Shown: piece by piece, positions 38,601 through 53,600 of the stretch
Layout of the letters: every line of letters begins with the position of its first letter
Numbering within the stretch: the first letter of the stretch is position 1
Assembly: GCA_002633005.1 (NCBI GenBank)
Contig: NMRA01000476.1
Span: 7,486 to 71,485, forward strand
Direction: 5' to 3'
DNA: 64,000 bases
Source of the DNA: Phoronis australis
Lineage: Eukaryota; Animalia; Phoronida
Notes under the pieces: model-generated
What the model saw: only the letters and a program-made list of their open reading frames with translations
Databases searched by the model: none
Told to the model about the DNA's origin: nothing
Made by a program: the position numbers and the translations under genes

Positions 38601-41600
38601 CGAACTAATAAGCGATTATGACAGACTGCAGTTTAATCAGCCGCCTGCTGAGATGGCAGTGTTCCTGCATAATGGCCAAGCTTCTTAGTTATCACAGGAC
38701 CAGACATAATGCACTAATCAGTGAACAATACTCTGTGGTAATGATGAAGTGGTCTCTGTAAGGCCTATCCTATAATGGTGATGCTGATTAATTAGCATTT
38801 ATAACTAACAGGGGGCAGTTTTGTGAGGACCAATTACTGCCGATTATCTCATAATGTCTGATTGAAGACGATGACTCACCAGAAACACGACTGGCTAGCT
38901 CTCTGTCAGTGATAATTTGTTATGTTATTGTTGTGACTAATCATTGATTTCATTTTCTTGCTAAGACAAACTGAATAGTACAAAAATGTCAAATGCATTT
39001 CTAGTTTTCTAGAGTGTATTACAGGTTAGCAATAGTCATTTCATTGTGATCTAATATTTCTACTGAGCATCTTGAAGCAAAGTGGTCAAACTGCACTTCG
39101 CCCTGTTTACCTGATGAAGAATAAAGAAAATAGACTTTTCACTTTCATAAAATCGGTCTAGTAATATTTCATACCGTAAAAAGACCGTATCCTTTTGCAA
39201 ACTAGAACACTGAGACCATCAGCGACTCAAGAAAACTCTTAAGTTTATTTTGGTTGTGCTACCCTAAAACTAAGAACTTAAAACTGACATATGAACACAT
39301 TGCTGTTACTTGAGACCAACTTGATAAGTGTCAGTTTAAAAAAAATCATAATTAGATTTGCTATCTATGCATTTGTCAGGATAAGATGTTGACATATCTG
39401 TAGACCATCTATGTTGATATCTACAATTCACTATAATCCAAAGTATAATAGTCTTCATTGAGTTGTATTCATCACTCAAGTACAACACTGCTACAAAGTG
39501 GTAGTAGTAACAAGCTATCATCAGTGTTTCAACAGTCTACCTGCTAAGACGTTTACACAGCACCACTTGACACAGGATTGTTAAAACATTTTAAGCTGCT
39601 CTCCACACAGACAAGGTGAAGTGAATGTTTTATAATGCCTATAAATTAGTTAGGAGGACATTCTGCTGTCTGGACATTAGCTCATCTTTTATTCATGACT
39701 TGGTTTGTCACTGCTAGTTTGAGTTGAGCTATTAGATTTAAAAAGAGGCAAGCAACGAGAATAGTTATTATCGAATTCGACTTGCAAATAGAGGTTAGTT
39801 TCACTGGTTCATTGCATTCATATTTCTGTGGTTTGTTAGAAATTTAATTTCACCTGTAGTGTCCTCATCTTAGTTTCATTTCTGTAATGAAGTGATCAAC
39901 ATTCGAAGATTAGACATTGAAACTAGCTTGGTTTGCTTGTGAGATTGTCCTGATGAAAGGTGCCAATATTAGGATCAATCAGTGCATGTCACTCCATTGT
40001 AATCTACAGCCAAGCAGCCATGTCCAGCTGATAAATCAGTACTACTACAAGCTCACCCCAGATTTGTGAAGACCACTGACTACAAACTATGGGGCTTTAA
40101 GATAAACAGTTGTTTTTCTGACCGCCCACTAAGACTGTAAGGTCTGATTAAAATGGCTACAAACAGTTGCAGTCTGCTATTGACTTAAAGTAAAGCTTCT
40201 GCAGTGGGGAGTTCACACTAAAATGGCCACACTGTCTGTAGCAATCTGCTGGTGACCTAAAGCTTCTGCAGCAGGGAGTTCTGACTAAAATCAACAGGAG
40301 TTCACTAAAATCAGCCCGCTTTCAATTTGCTGAGTAATTGGAATTTCACAGTTGTTTGGATTTTGTAAGGGAAAACCATTTGACAAAGCATTTTCTTAAG
40401 TGATCATCCCTGCAGGTTAACAAACTTACCTGTGATGTAACTTTTAATCCCATTACTAGCAGTCAGGGATTATTGTACAAGGAGAGCTGATCAATTAGTG
40501 CTCGAGAAATGTCTTTGTCTGCTAAATAGAATCATTAAAAGTGTTTTTTGTTGGACAGTACTTCTGCCAAAGATATTAAGTTAAATCCCTGTTAGGTATT
40601 TTTAGAGGCGTCTCTAAGACAGATACCTGTCTCAACTGATGGCTTCTGTTGAGTCATTAATTAGATTTAATTATATCTTGGTCTAGTTATGTAATAGCCG
40701 CAGATTTTCTGATTGACATCAAGTTTAGTGGAAAACGTCTTTTGTGAGGCTTCTTTGGTGTTATGTGGGAAATTGTGCAGGCGACCAGCTTGTGACTAAA
40801 CACCCACCAGTTGGGGGAAATGTTATTAGAACACTGACAAATGGAGTGCTAATGAGGCATTGTGCGCCTTAGATGGCTTCAGCTCCTGTGTGGAGAAAAA
40901 TTCAATAGAACTCTGATGATGTTTTATAGATTTGCCGATAAGGTTTTATAAAATCTATACTCCAAGTTGTAGCTAGTAATAAGTCTTCTAATGATAGTTG
41001 GGTTGCACCTGACTGTTGGGTGCTTCACAAATAAGAAAATTTGCTTTATTTAGAATTTCAAATTTGTTCTCTTTATCTACAAACTAATCAATGCATTGGA
41101 TGTTTTATATCTGAGAACAGTCTGGTTACATCAAGGATGATTGTTTAGATTTCTTATCATCATTTAATGGACTGTTGACTCCAGAAGGGTGTAAGGAATG
41201 ATTCTTAATAAGTTCCAAAAATGTTTTGGACCAGCCAGTGAGACACATTAACACGCCACCTTATCAACAATCTAGTTTGCCAGTCTCCACAATGTCTGAC
41301 AATGCCCTTGGAAACTTTATGCTGGACCATTAGTTTTTGATGGAGGTAATCTCAGTGCATTAAGCTGTTCCTTCATTGTCCACCTGAATGACTAGCTGTT
41401 CTTGATGACTGCTTATAAAGATTGACTTCCATTTGTTGTTACCTATGCCTCTCTATTTGTGGCGCCTCAATACCAACCTTAGAAGGTGCCGCCTGTAAGC
41501 ACAGCTATTACCATTAGCAGTCAGCTGATGGTGATTACAGTCAAAGTAAACAGCAGTCTCTCTGGACAAAGAGCTGCTTGATATTGTACATAAAACCAGA

Positions 41601-44600
41601 GACACACATAGACCTGTTTTGGCTTGCACAATGATGTCTAGGGTTTACATAAACTACAGTTGCTGCAGAAATAATAATCCATCTAAACATTGACACTTGG
41701 CCATATTGTCAACTGCAATGGATTACAGTCTGTTGATGAGAGGCCATCTAATAAAGTCATGGAAATTTATGTAAATATTGGGCCCCCAACAGAGGAAGTG
41801 AACCACATTTGGGACTATAATCGATGAATTCATGTTTTTAATGAAAATAGCTGGTCTCCCATATTCTAGGTAATTCGATTAACATTAAACCCATCTGAAC
41901 CTTCCTTGCAGTTTACTGTGAAATTTGTCTGTGTTGGACAGAGTTTTTAGAAATTCTGGGAGTTGTGAAAACAAAGGCATGTGCTTTGTGCACTTAGCAA
42001 AACGCTTTTCTGTGGATAATGTCTATAATGCCCGTAAAAGGGCTTCAAAATCAATGTTATTTGAAATGTAAGCAACTGTTGTCTTGACATCAGTCGAATC
42101 TTATTTAGTTTTTATCAGGTGTTGTATTGAACACATGGTTCTGTTCACGTGTGATTGTATTTTTTACCAGTGCCGTTTTAAACTGCCACTGGCACGATCT
42201 TGCTCCTAGCAGAATTAACTGTTTAAATTATTTAGCAAGGGAAATGTGAAACTATTTTCAGTGTCCCACTTGACATTTAAAGCCACGTTTGGTCTACGCT
42301 TCTTTTGCTTCCTCAGCTACTGTGGGTAATTTCATTATTTTTTACTTAGGAGCCAGCTTATTTAATTTCCTTTCTTGAGGTCTCTCCAAAAATAACGTGG
42401 CAGTTTAACATGACTGTACTCAGCACTGGTGTGGCTGCGATTGTGAGGTACAGTGAATAGCTAAGCTCAAAATATTGTCATGGATTATCCAATTTCAGAA
42501 TTCTAGCTAGTATATTTTCATTGTGTGATGTTTTTGTTATTCTTTTGACGTCATCTTTTGAACCATCATTTTCCAATGAGCTGTTCATTATCTTTTGTTT
42601 TCAGTGTTATCTGTAGAATGTACCTAATTGTGTTCTTGAGCTCATCTGCCTTCACAGAAATTTCCTGTCAGCACTCAAATAGTAAAGCAAATCTCACCTG
42701 AGGAGCACCAATCAATTACCTGTCTCCATCCTTTATTATGCCAGACCCTTTTGCAATTGTTATGGTGCTCTGCTCCAATTGCCTCATGTCTACACTATTC
42801 AGGCATTTTGTTGATGAAAGGAGTGATTGGTTATGAAACTATTTGTCTAGATATGTTTAAAAATGGGTACCAGTATTAGAATGAACAATTAGTACTACTC
42901 TGTGGAGCCTGAACAGGGATTCCTGTATAAGGAGCCTGAACAGGGATTCCTGTATAAGGAGCCTGAACAGGGATTCCTGTATAAGGAGCCTGAACAGGGA
43001 TCCCTGTATAAGGAGCCTGAACAGGGATCCCTGTATAAGGAGCCTGAACAGGGATCCCTGTATAAGGAGCCTGAACAGGGATTCCTGTATAAGGAGCCTG
43101 AACAGGGATTCCTGTATAAGGAGCCTGAACAGGGATTCCTGTATAAGGAGCCTGAACAGGGATTCCTATGTAAGATTTTGTCTTGAAGGGTGCCATTGGA
43201 TTAATAAATCACTTGTAATAATATCTGTTCTTATATCCTGTTTGGATTGATTACACCATTTTTGCAAATTCTTGTGAAATTAATTCCCAACTTTTTCCTC
43301 GTTTGAATGATTTTACTTTATTCACGACAACTCATGTACTATACTACTTAACTAAATATATAGCCATTTCTTCAGAATGGTCATCAAATCAATCATTTGT
43401 TGACAGAAAACTACTGTAGATGTGACCACTGTCTCCCATGTAATGTATATTGAGCTGATGTATGAGCTGATGTACACCAGAATGGAGTCATTGTTGGATC
43501 AATTGGTGTTCAGTTGCTGGTAGGGTAGCAGTCTGGTGAATATTGCATGCTGGGTCATACAAAATTCATGGCTTTAGGGATGGTCAGTTGACATTCTCTT
43601 ACTTGTTAGAAATGTTTAGCCATATGGTGAGTTACTGTTATGAATATTAGATTAATGGCATTTTATTATCTCAGATGAGTGGTGGTCAACACACTGAGGG
43701 GTCTGCACTACCGATTACATAACACAAGTTTTCATTACTTAATTAGTGTGTTGACATTCGTAATTTGGTTGGAGAATACTGCAGCTGTTCTAATCTAAAT
43801 GAAGTTTAAATATCATTTCCAGATTGAAGCAACTCTGAACACAATGCTGCTCTGTTGCTAAAGTACCCCTCAATTTTACTCCTAGCTGTTTAGAGGCTAT
43901 ACATTTGTTGGAGTTCTTACACAATTTTAGAACAGTCTTGTCATGAGGTTGTTCACCATGCAAGTCAATAGACACTGTTCCATGGATCAGTATCTGCCAA
44001 CTGCTCTTGTAATTACGTAATGTTATGCCAGTAGTCATTAAGGTATTCTGTGCTCAATTACAGCTTACAATGGAACACAATGATTGTGTGAGGATTGCAA
44101 ACAATTGGACTTGTGTTGTGTAATGTTTGAATGTTGGGAAGGATATAGGTAATTGAGAAATATTGATTGTGTTTCAGCAAAAACAAACTGTGGATAATAG
44201 GTGGGCTCATTTACTCTATAGCCAGAATGGATTTGTGCTATTAAAAACAAAAGAAACACCAAAAGGTCTTGATTGGCTATTTCTGTTGTCATTTACTACC
44301 TATATGTTGAAGAGTTAGTGAGATGGTTACGTACTATGGTCCTTGTTTTTTGTGCTAACGTAAGGCATTTGTTTTGATTGCATTTTGACAGTCATTTTTG
44401 CACTTGATATGCGCCTGTACAAGAAACAATCCCAACTTAACAGGCAGATTAAGGGATGATAGCAATGGAATGATTAATAGGCTCCACCTGGAGGCTACCT
44501 GCCCTATCACTGGCAGGTGTTCTCGATGCAGTGATCCCCTGACAGTACGTTCCCACCAATCTGAACAATGTAAGCTCCAAGTTTGATCCCTGCCCATGTA

Positions 44601-47600
44601 ATGTGCGTGTGCGTCACTGCTTGCGGTGCTGCCTACTGTTGTCTAGTACAGGGATATTTCACAGCTGCTGTTTCTATTACTAGGTGTTTGTTTGCTATAC
44701 TGTGCTGAATAGCTCAAACAGCAGCTTGGTAAAGTAACTGAAACACTTGCCATTCATATTTTGCCTTTCAAGTTTTCACACCTGTTAACGATGACAATTA
44801 AGCGTGTTTAATTTTTGAGACTTACGAATTATTTCTCTGATTACAGGTCTGGTCATTCCTCTGGTGGAGACAGTCCATGCCCAGACACCACAGGTAAGAT
44901 CATTTGTCACTGCAGAGTTGTATAGTTGGGGCGTTGATAGCTTTGAGAATTCTTAAAAAGTAGTTTTTCTCAGTAGATCATAGTCTGAACAGAATTAGAC
45001 GTGTGTGTGTATGCGTGCGTGCGGACGTGCGTGTGGACGTTCCACTAGTAATAGGATGTGTGTGAATGGGTGTGCGCGCTCTACTAGTTATCAGCGTATT
45101 TACTGTAGTTTTTGTTCCTGATAATATTTTTTGTTGTTATACATCATTGGAACTACACAGGCTTCCCCAACTGGCACATTTGATGTGTAATAAACTTAGT
45201 GTTATGTCCATTTGATAGCCATTGTGTTCTGTTGTTAATGACCAGCCAGCTTATTGTTGCTAAGCACCTTTGCAAAACCATGGTGTCCATGCATTAATAC
45301 TAGTGTTTGAGAAAGTATTCCTTCACGTTATTTAGTCTGTGTAGTGCCAGTGGTGCCACGGTGGTACAGTTTTCACAAGAAGTCATAAGTTATTTGGTTT
45401 ATTCATGTTATTAATATGTCCAGTGTCTACCATTATAGTCAAATAATTGCTTGTCATCAGCATCTTGACGCCAACGTTGTGTCTCACCTGCGTTTTCAGG
45501 TAGACATTCCCTGACAGTAACTCCACCCACAAAGTTAAAAAGGGAGCATTTTTATGAGATATATTTCAAACTAACATAGTTTGCCACCAGTTAGAACCAA
45601 ATCTTTTCTGCTGCATTGATTTTTCATAGAATTTCATATTCTTTAATTTTGACACTCCATTTGTAGTTAATTTTCAAAAATTGTTTCATGAGTCAATTTT
45701 GCTGTAAAGTCACAAATCTCAGTTTGATGCATTATATGAGAGTTGACAGTCATGAAAAGCTGGTTATTGATCACCCTGGCTCTTCAAAAGAGCCGACAGT
45801 TAGGGCTCCCTGTTATTATCAACAACAGCCTGCAATCCTTGGAAAGTCAAATGGCTGATATCTGCTTCCACAAACAGACCAACACATAGTCCTGTAGACA
45901 CTGATACTCAGACATTGTTTGGGTTATTTTTAATGCACAATTGGTCACAAAAAATAGCATTACGTTTGCTGGCTATTGTGTCTGAATTCCAACTGTTCAT
46001 GATACTGGCTTAAGCCTTTGGGAGCTATTGTAAAAAACTAAAAGGCGGAACGATTTTAGGAGCCGTGTGTGCAGGGTATATTTGCTCTTGCAACATCATG
46101 ACAAAAACCAAATAACAGTGGGTCAACTTCGGGAAAACAAGACTTGTCGCCACATTGCTTGGGAGTTGCTTGTTTTCTGTTTGCCTGAGAAGTGTTTACT
46201 GTTTACACAGTGATGTTTTGGGCTCGTTTTACTGTTACATTCCACAGGCTGGCTTGTGTGTGCCTTATTTGTGCCACGGTTTGAATTTCTCAATGTTTGA
46301 CACAATTCCTTTGTCTTTTAGTGTGAATCGCCAGGTCACTGGCCAGTGACCTGGCGACTCTTACACTCGTGGGAAACATTGTTGAACAACCTGTAACTAA
46401 CCATTCTAAATCTGCTTTTATAGAAAATCCTGTCTGTTAGGTGTTTGAATGGTTTCTGGTAATTTGTATAGTAACAATTTAGCTTGAGTCCTTCGAAATT
46501 GATATTTTTGTCTTTGAAGGGTCTGTGGCATAATACACATTGGAGCACAAAAATGTAATTTTTAAATTCAGATTATATAATAAAAATGAACATCAATAAG
46601 TTATTGCATTAGTAGAGTATTTTACACAGACAGGTTTTATTACATAGCTTGGTAAAATTTAACCATTGCAGCAATGTAGTCAGCTTCCGAAAATATAAAA
46701 TTGTTATCAATAATTAAAGAAAATTTACAGTTATACATAAGTTTCGTTAAACAAATGTGTTGATGCAGCCCCAGAGTCACAACTGTCCACATTTGTGAAA
46801 GTGACTTGGTTTCCATTGCAAACTTGGTCATGTTCACCTGTATTTGACATTCATTAATCCACCGTCTTTGAAGTTTCTCTGTTGAGGCAGATTATAGTGT
46901 TATTTTATTTGATTTCCTACAAACACCTCTAATTATGGGTCAACATTTTGCAGCCACATTGGCTGTGTTACCTGTTTGTGTTGGCTTGCAGGCTGGTAAC
47001 CTAAAGAGTTTGATTGAATTCTTTTCTAACTGTTGTGAACCAACTATGTGTGAGTTCAGGATTGATTTGTGTGTACTGTGCATTATCCCCCCTGGAATAT
47101 GTTTGTTGTCTGCTGAACTTCAAAGTGATACTTTATTTGGACAATTTCCCCGTCTCTATTGGCCTCCAGGGATTAAACTGTAGGGAAATCCCTGACTGTG
47201 CAAATGAAGGTTGTAAACATAGTCACATATAGTTATCCAAAAATGTTGGGTTTGAAAAACTGTTTCACTGTCATCATATTTAAAAATTTGAGTTGTCTCT
47301 GGCCAGTGTTAGAGTAGTAAGCAGTTTGTGACATGACCGTTGCCTTGTTAAATGTTTACAATCATCCCTGTATGAGGACTATAGGTGTTTTTCTTAACTT
47401 ATTTCAGAAAAAAAAACATTGCCAAAATATCCTTTTTTTTCTATTTTCTGTGGTAAACCGTTGAAAAACTTGCAAATAATGAAAACTTAACCATATGTTG
47501 TTTTTTGATATCTGTGTAATGCAAACCACAGACTAAAACAAACAGACTAACATTTTCTTAATCTTTGATTTTCTTTGAGAAATTTGACAAAATAAAATCT

Positions 47601-50600
47601 CCCTTGTTTGCCATGTTGAATTCTAAAATGAAACCATTGCTCTTTGTGTCTTCAACTTACGATAGTTTTCTCATAGCTGAGACAGTCTCAAGTTTATACC
47701 CAGTTCTAATCATCCAAAGACGCTTACAAGATTTTTTCATGCTGCTCAGCTGTTTTCATTTACATTCATATCCCTTAAGTCCCTTGGTAGTCTGCCCTAG
47801 TCTGCTTAAACTCATTTGTTTAATGTTTTCAGAGCTAATTCAATAACCATTCAGTAATGGCTCTTGTTCAAGCCATTGACACATGTACTGAGCTGGTTTC
47901 TAAAATACAATTTTGCTCTTTCATATTGAATTATCTGCAAGGTTTTCATCTTCGCATGATCAAATATTTGATTTTACTATCCAATCTACTGTGGTTGGGG
48001 GTGGGGGGGGGTCATTGGGTTTAACGCCAACAACTAGGAATGTAGTACAAGACGAAAGTAATGGGACAAAGTATCATTTCCCAGTCACGACAGCTAGTCC
48101 AGTGATCAGGAAAAATGACCAGCAATAACTGTTATGGCTGCAAAATTCTAATTCAGCATCTTACTAACATTCCTGTTAACTCCTGGTCATTCTCAATCAT
48201 TATGGAAGACTACTCTAAACATTAATTTGACTACCACTCAATCATCATGACGAAATCCGAGTAATTCTGCGTTTTCCGAATATTGCACTTCCCGGCCTGA
48301 ATGACCAGACCTCTGTTTTCAAAATCATAGGTCTACCATTGGATTTTATTCACTACAGACTTTTAGGGGATTTCGAATGTAGATTGAAATACATTCATGC
48401 CATGACATGACCCATTTAGAACCTATAAACAACCACAGTGTTTGGTCTCTATTCATTTTTGTCCATTAAGAAGTACCAGTGCCAGGGTGGCCATAGGTAG
48501 TGCATAATGCATTTGTTCAATTTTCTTATAAACCAGTAATAAAATGTCTGCCATGGATAATTAAGAAATTTCCTTCTTTGCAGGACTATTTTTTCTATTA
48601 TTGAATGCAATACCGTTCTTGTACAATGAGGCCTAGACGCTGAATACTTCCCCAATCTTTTTAATTCATCAAAGAGTGATGATTAACAATATGTATGCTT
48701 TCTCCAATACATGTTTTTCTTTCGAAATAGAAATGAGCTATATACACAATAAATCACATTACTCTATTGTATTGTTACTTTTAATTGTGAAAACATATCC
48801 ACAGTAAAAAGCTTTTGTCAGTGTTTGAAAGTTAAACCTATCTGTTATAGAACACGATGGTTCTAGACGAGGCTCAGGCATCGGCAGGTTTTTCCGTGGT
48901 ACAATTCGTCGATCGGCACGGAAGTACTCCTACAAACAACACCAGGGGGACCCTCTTGCAAGTGAAATTACGATGCCTGAAGAGGAGCGTATTGAACTCA
49001 TGCTCATGGTGAAAGAAGGCAGAATCAGCTTAGAGGATGCTATGTCTAAGGTAAGGGATGTCTCATTGTGTCACTGTGCGTAGTTTGCTAAGTGATTTAA
49101 GTTGCAAGTGTACTTCCCAAAAATACTGGTATTGTACAAGAGTTTAAATGAGTTCCAGATCGCAATCTCTTGTATCTAAGGATTAGTCTTTGAAAAGAAT
49201 TGTTCTCTTTCTTCATTTATGCCATGTTAGCCTCATACTCAGCATCACCTCGTTTGAAGACTTATCTTGAATGGCCTAAGTGTTCACACCAGTAGGTCTC
49301 AACAGTGTCATTGTCTGATAGCCTCTCTGTTGATTGGTCTGTTCTGCTGAGTGTTTATATTATGCCACTCCATTCTATTTATAAATACTCAAGCAACACT
49401 TCAGTGTTTATCTCATGAAGGAGATAAAAACTTGTACTGTGGGCAAGTTTCAGGGTTAAGTTACCTTTGTTTGTGCTGCTTGCTGTGATCAAATGATCCC
49501 GGCTTCCTGTTTTTGAGCCCTATTTTGATCAAGGATGTTAGATATCTGCTTTGTTGCAGTAAGAGACATTGTTGCTGGTTTGGTTGACATTTAGTTGGCT
49601 TTCTTGTTTGCAGCTTAAAAATTACGAAGATGCTCACCGACCTCAAAATGAACACAAAGAAAATAAAAAAGACAAAAGTGGAAAGGTAGGAATTGTGTAT
49701 TGTTACACAGTTTCAGCGAATTATATTATGGAAAGACCTTTTACGAAACTTAAATAATGTCAACTACTCTGAATTACAGGATTCAAAGTGCATGACTTCT
49801 GTTTATTTTATTCAGCTGTCTGTTTGCATTGTTAGTCGGAGATTAGTTTTAATACTCAAATTTTGTGCCATTGCTTTTCACAACTGGCTGCTTCCACTGG
49901 ACTCAAGCTGGGCAATAAATATTTTCACATTTCATTTTTCAAGCTGTCTTCACGACGGAAGCGAAGGAATGGAGACAAGCGGACCCGCAGCCAGTCTGGT
50001 AAGCCTGTGTGCAGTACAGTTTTCCACTACTTGTTTGCCATTGCTTTTTCTCTATGAGATTTTAGGTCTTCTGTAATTATAGTGTAGAAATGATTTCCAA
50101 AGAATCATTGTGCAGTTTAATCAAGAACGCCTTTTCAAAACATCTGCTTCTTATTTCATTTTTCTAGCACATAAAGGTTAATGTTTTTCTGTGAAATTGT
50201 GTGTCTTGTTTAACAAGAACATCCTTTCAAATCATATTTTTCTTGTTATTTCATGTTTCTAGCATTCAAGCTCATTGTATTGCTTTGGAATTTTGTGTCC
50301 TGATTCTGCTCTTTTTATATAATTTATGCACTCTGATGATCAAATTAACTCTATATAAGTGTTTTAATGTAACAGCAGTGTGCCTGTAGCCATTTGCTTA
50401 GGTTGCCAAAAGGTCATGTGGAATAGCCAAGCACTGATATCAGTAATGTGCACAGCCTAGATTTCATTCAGGTCTGTGATTAATTCTGTTCAATGACACT
50501 ATGACTCACCCTCGTGTGGATCGTAATAAATGAAATTGTCTGGCGTTCCACATTAATGCTCATCGTGTTATGCCTTGTTCTATTATTGGATTCTCACATT

Positions 50601-53600
50601 ATTCCCCTGTGAGTTTCATCCTTTCCCAACCCAGTGGCTTAGCTAAATATCATCATAAGGTTGGGTAAAAGTTGAAACTATTGCCAGTGCTCATTGTGCA
50701 ACATCATAGGCAGTAATGAGCTACACTGTGTCCACCAGGTGGCACTGGTAAAAAACACGTTACGGTCACTTGTTTTGTAGTAATGAAATGTCCTCCAATT
50801 TCAATAGTTTAGCTGCCAAAATTGAATAACAGATAAAATGCCCAATTCTGCGTATAATGATTGGCTTACTGAGTGGATGCATTTCTACAGGAAGGAGGTT
50901 TGTTACTCTAGTGCCACCTTGTGAATTTTGAGTTATCCATTGACAATATTGTGCCAAATGAAATATTGTCACTGTCCAATAAGTAATATAGATGCAATTG
51001 AATGCTGTTTTGTATTGTATTATATAATATTATATGCATAATTCAAATAAGTCTTTAACTTTTTTCTTGTGTTATTTCAAAGCATTGTTTTCTCCACAGA
51101 TGGTGGTAATGTGCGCTCCTTGAGCTGCAGTCCATGTCGAGGGTTCAGTGACCTCAATGACCTTTCACGGGAAAGCCCCGCATCACGACGGCTCAACAAC
51201 ATGTCTCCTGCTCAACAAGGTGGCTTACAGTGTGTACGTCAGCGCTCGTTTGAGTCCGGTGCTCTCCCAGCTCACCTGCGAGATCCCTTGTCCAGGAGTA
51301 ACGCTGGGGTTATTCGCTCAATGCCCAATTCCCCTTGTCATTCATCACGGACCAGCTCAGTCAGCTCTGTCGGTAACATCTCGCCTATGTCTGTCAGGTC
51401 AGACACTAAGAGTTCTCCTCCATTGCCTGAGAGACAATATTCACAGAAAAATATTCCTAGCCACAATATACAAATGCAAGAAACACCGAGTCATAAACAA
51501 GTGTCAAGGACACGTTCAAGTTCCCCGAGTGTACACCAGCTTAGTCATTCATCATCACCAATCAGTGACCGTTTTGCTGCTGCCAGTGGCTTTCTTGCAT
51601 CACAACAAGCAGCCATTGCCCAGTCCTCCTCACCTCAAGTCGCTAGGCGGGCCGTTCAGGTAACTTTCACCACTGAAGATCCTCCTGCCTTGCCTCCGAG
51701 GAACAAGCCCCAGTCCCCGCACACACGTTCTCATGCCAAAATAACCCACGCCCAGGTTCACTCTACAGGCACGGACTCTCTGGAAACTAGATCAGTTGTT
51801 GAGTCTGACAGGTCATCCGTACAGAGCCCCCTGGAAGATGACACAAGAAGCATATCCACAATGTCTGTTGGATCTGACATGTCTCCAGTGTCCGAAAGGA
51901 AACAGAAGGTGCTTCATGGTGTACGAAATCGATCGGTGAGTAAATGGAGAACTAGTGACATCTATTTTTCTTCAACAAAATCATGATTGTTACACCTTCA
52001 GCTTACGATACTATCAGTTCTTTTCTAAATTTGTAGGATTTGGTGCAGTCTTGCACATCATTTATATGGTGCTTAAATTGGGTAAAATGGCATAGATGTT
52101 GATAGGGCATCGGACACTTTTTGTACTTGCGTCTTTTTACTTGCAGTGGCGGAGTAATAGCTCCTGTGGGGAAGAAGTGAACTCATCAGATTATGAAGAT
52201 CAGGATGAGTTTGATCAAGTGAGTTAACTTAGCCAAAATTAGATGAACTTTGAGCTTTGGAAAGTACTGTAAAAATCCTTACTTTTGGACATTGAAAAAA
52301 TTACTGAATTTTTGTTTTTGGCAAGTGTTTATAGTAATCTTCAGCAACCAAGTTTGAACATTTTCAATAGTTCAACCAAATTGTGATAGTTTTTGTTTGA
52401 AAAGGTGTTGCTAATACTGTAGACCAAGTTTGCAAGGTGCTTGAATTTCTGAAAATGTACCTAGTGAACTTTGATCTATTGTAATTGTGGTCTAGACAGA
52501 TAAACAGTATTGAGTTTCTGGTAATACCCATCTGCTTGTCGGAAAGTGCTATCTGTTTTCAATTGTCAGACATATTTTGTATTTATGTGTGGAAATATAA
52601 AGTTACCTGAAAGGTGACATGTAACTTAAGACATGCTTTGAGGGGACATTGTTAGTCTATGATGACTTTATGGCCCAGTGATAACACTCTTTTGGATAAT
52701 AAATCTGACATCAAAGAGTCACCTGCTATTTCTTTGATCTTCTCTGGTAATTGAAATGCCATTAGATATTCATGGCTATTCTCTTGTGAAACCCCTGAAT
52801 TGTATTCGTCAACTGGACTGGTCCATCTCTGAGAAAGTTAGTTTTATGAAAACTATAAAAAAAATGATTTTACACAGCTCTGTGTTAACGTTTACTTTTA
52901 TTATTCAATATCTTAACTCTTCACTGACTGTTAATGATGTTGTAAAGATGTCAACTGGCAAAAAGTGATTTACACTAAGATAATTTTATGTGAATTTCAA
53001 ATTGCTGAATCAGTTCAAGAATTTGAGAGTGAGAGATGCTGTACTCATTTGTGGTACACAAAATGTATTTTTACTGAAAAAAAATCATTATTTTCAGGAT
53101 CTTGAGAGGTCTGCCATCCACAGAGAGAGTTTCAATGACAAACTGAAGAATGAAGTGCGCAAACATTTCTCCCAGATACCGTCCCTCAGTATGACCAAGG
53201 AGGTAAGGATGTTAATCAGTTGAGTTCTTTCTGCCTCAACAAAAGTGTTGGTTAATGGTACCCGATGTGACCTTCTAACAAGTCTTCTTGTTTACAAGTA
53301 AATGGTTTTTACACACAGTTACTAGGAATTGTTTCCATGTTTTTACTGTGTTAATTGACACATGACAGTTTATGGCAGGAAGTTCTCTCCCATTGACCCA
53401 GACAACTGGAAGGTGTTGAGTGAATAACAAGGTCAAACAAAGCACTTATGCCACCTTTCAGTTAAAACTACATATGAAAGTATGGAATGGAAATCAATCT
53501 TTAGTCATTTTCTTTTTTGTGTTGAAATTTTTGGAAAGATATCTGAAATGCAGGGGTTGATTTAATGTGTCCAGCATTATGTAGATTTCACCAACAAACT

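Noticed and set aside
42876-43196. CRISPR array or repeat-protein gene
   Set aside because: Head-to-tail repeats with no unique spacers, no cas genes and a eukaryotic intron context; no convincing splice sites.
51148-51663. 171-aa overlapping ORF, and similar ones at 55253-56045
   Set aside because: Alternative-frame shadows of Ser/Pro-rich SASH1-like exons.
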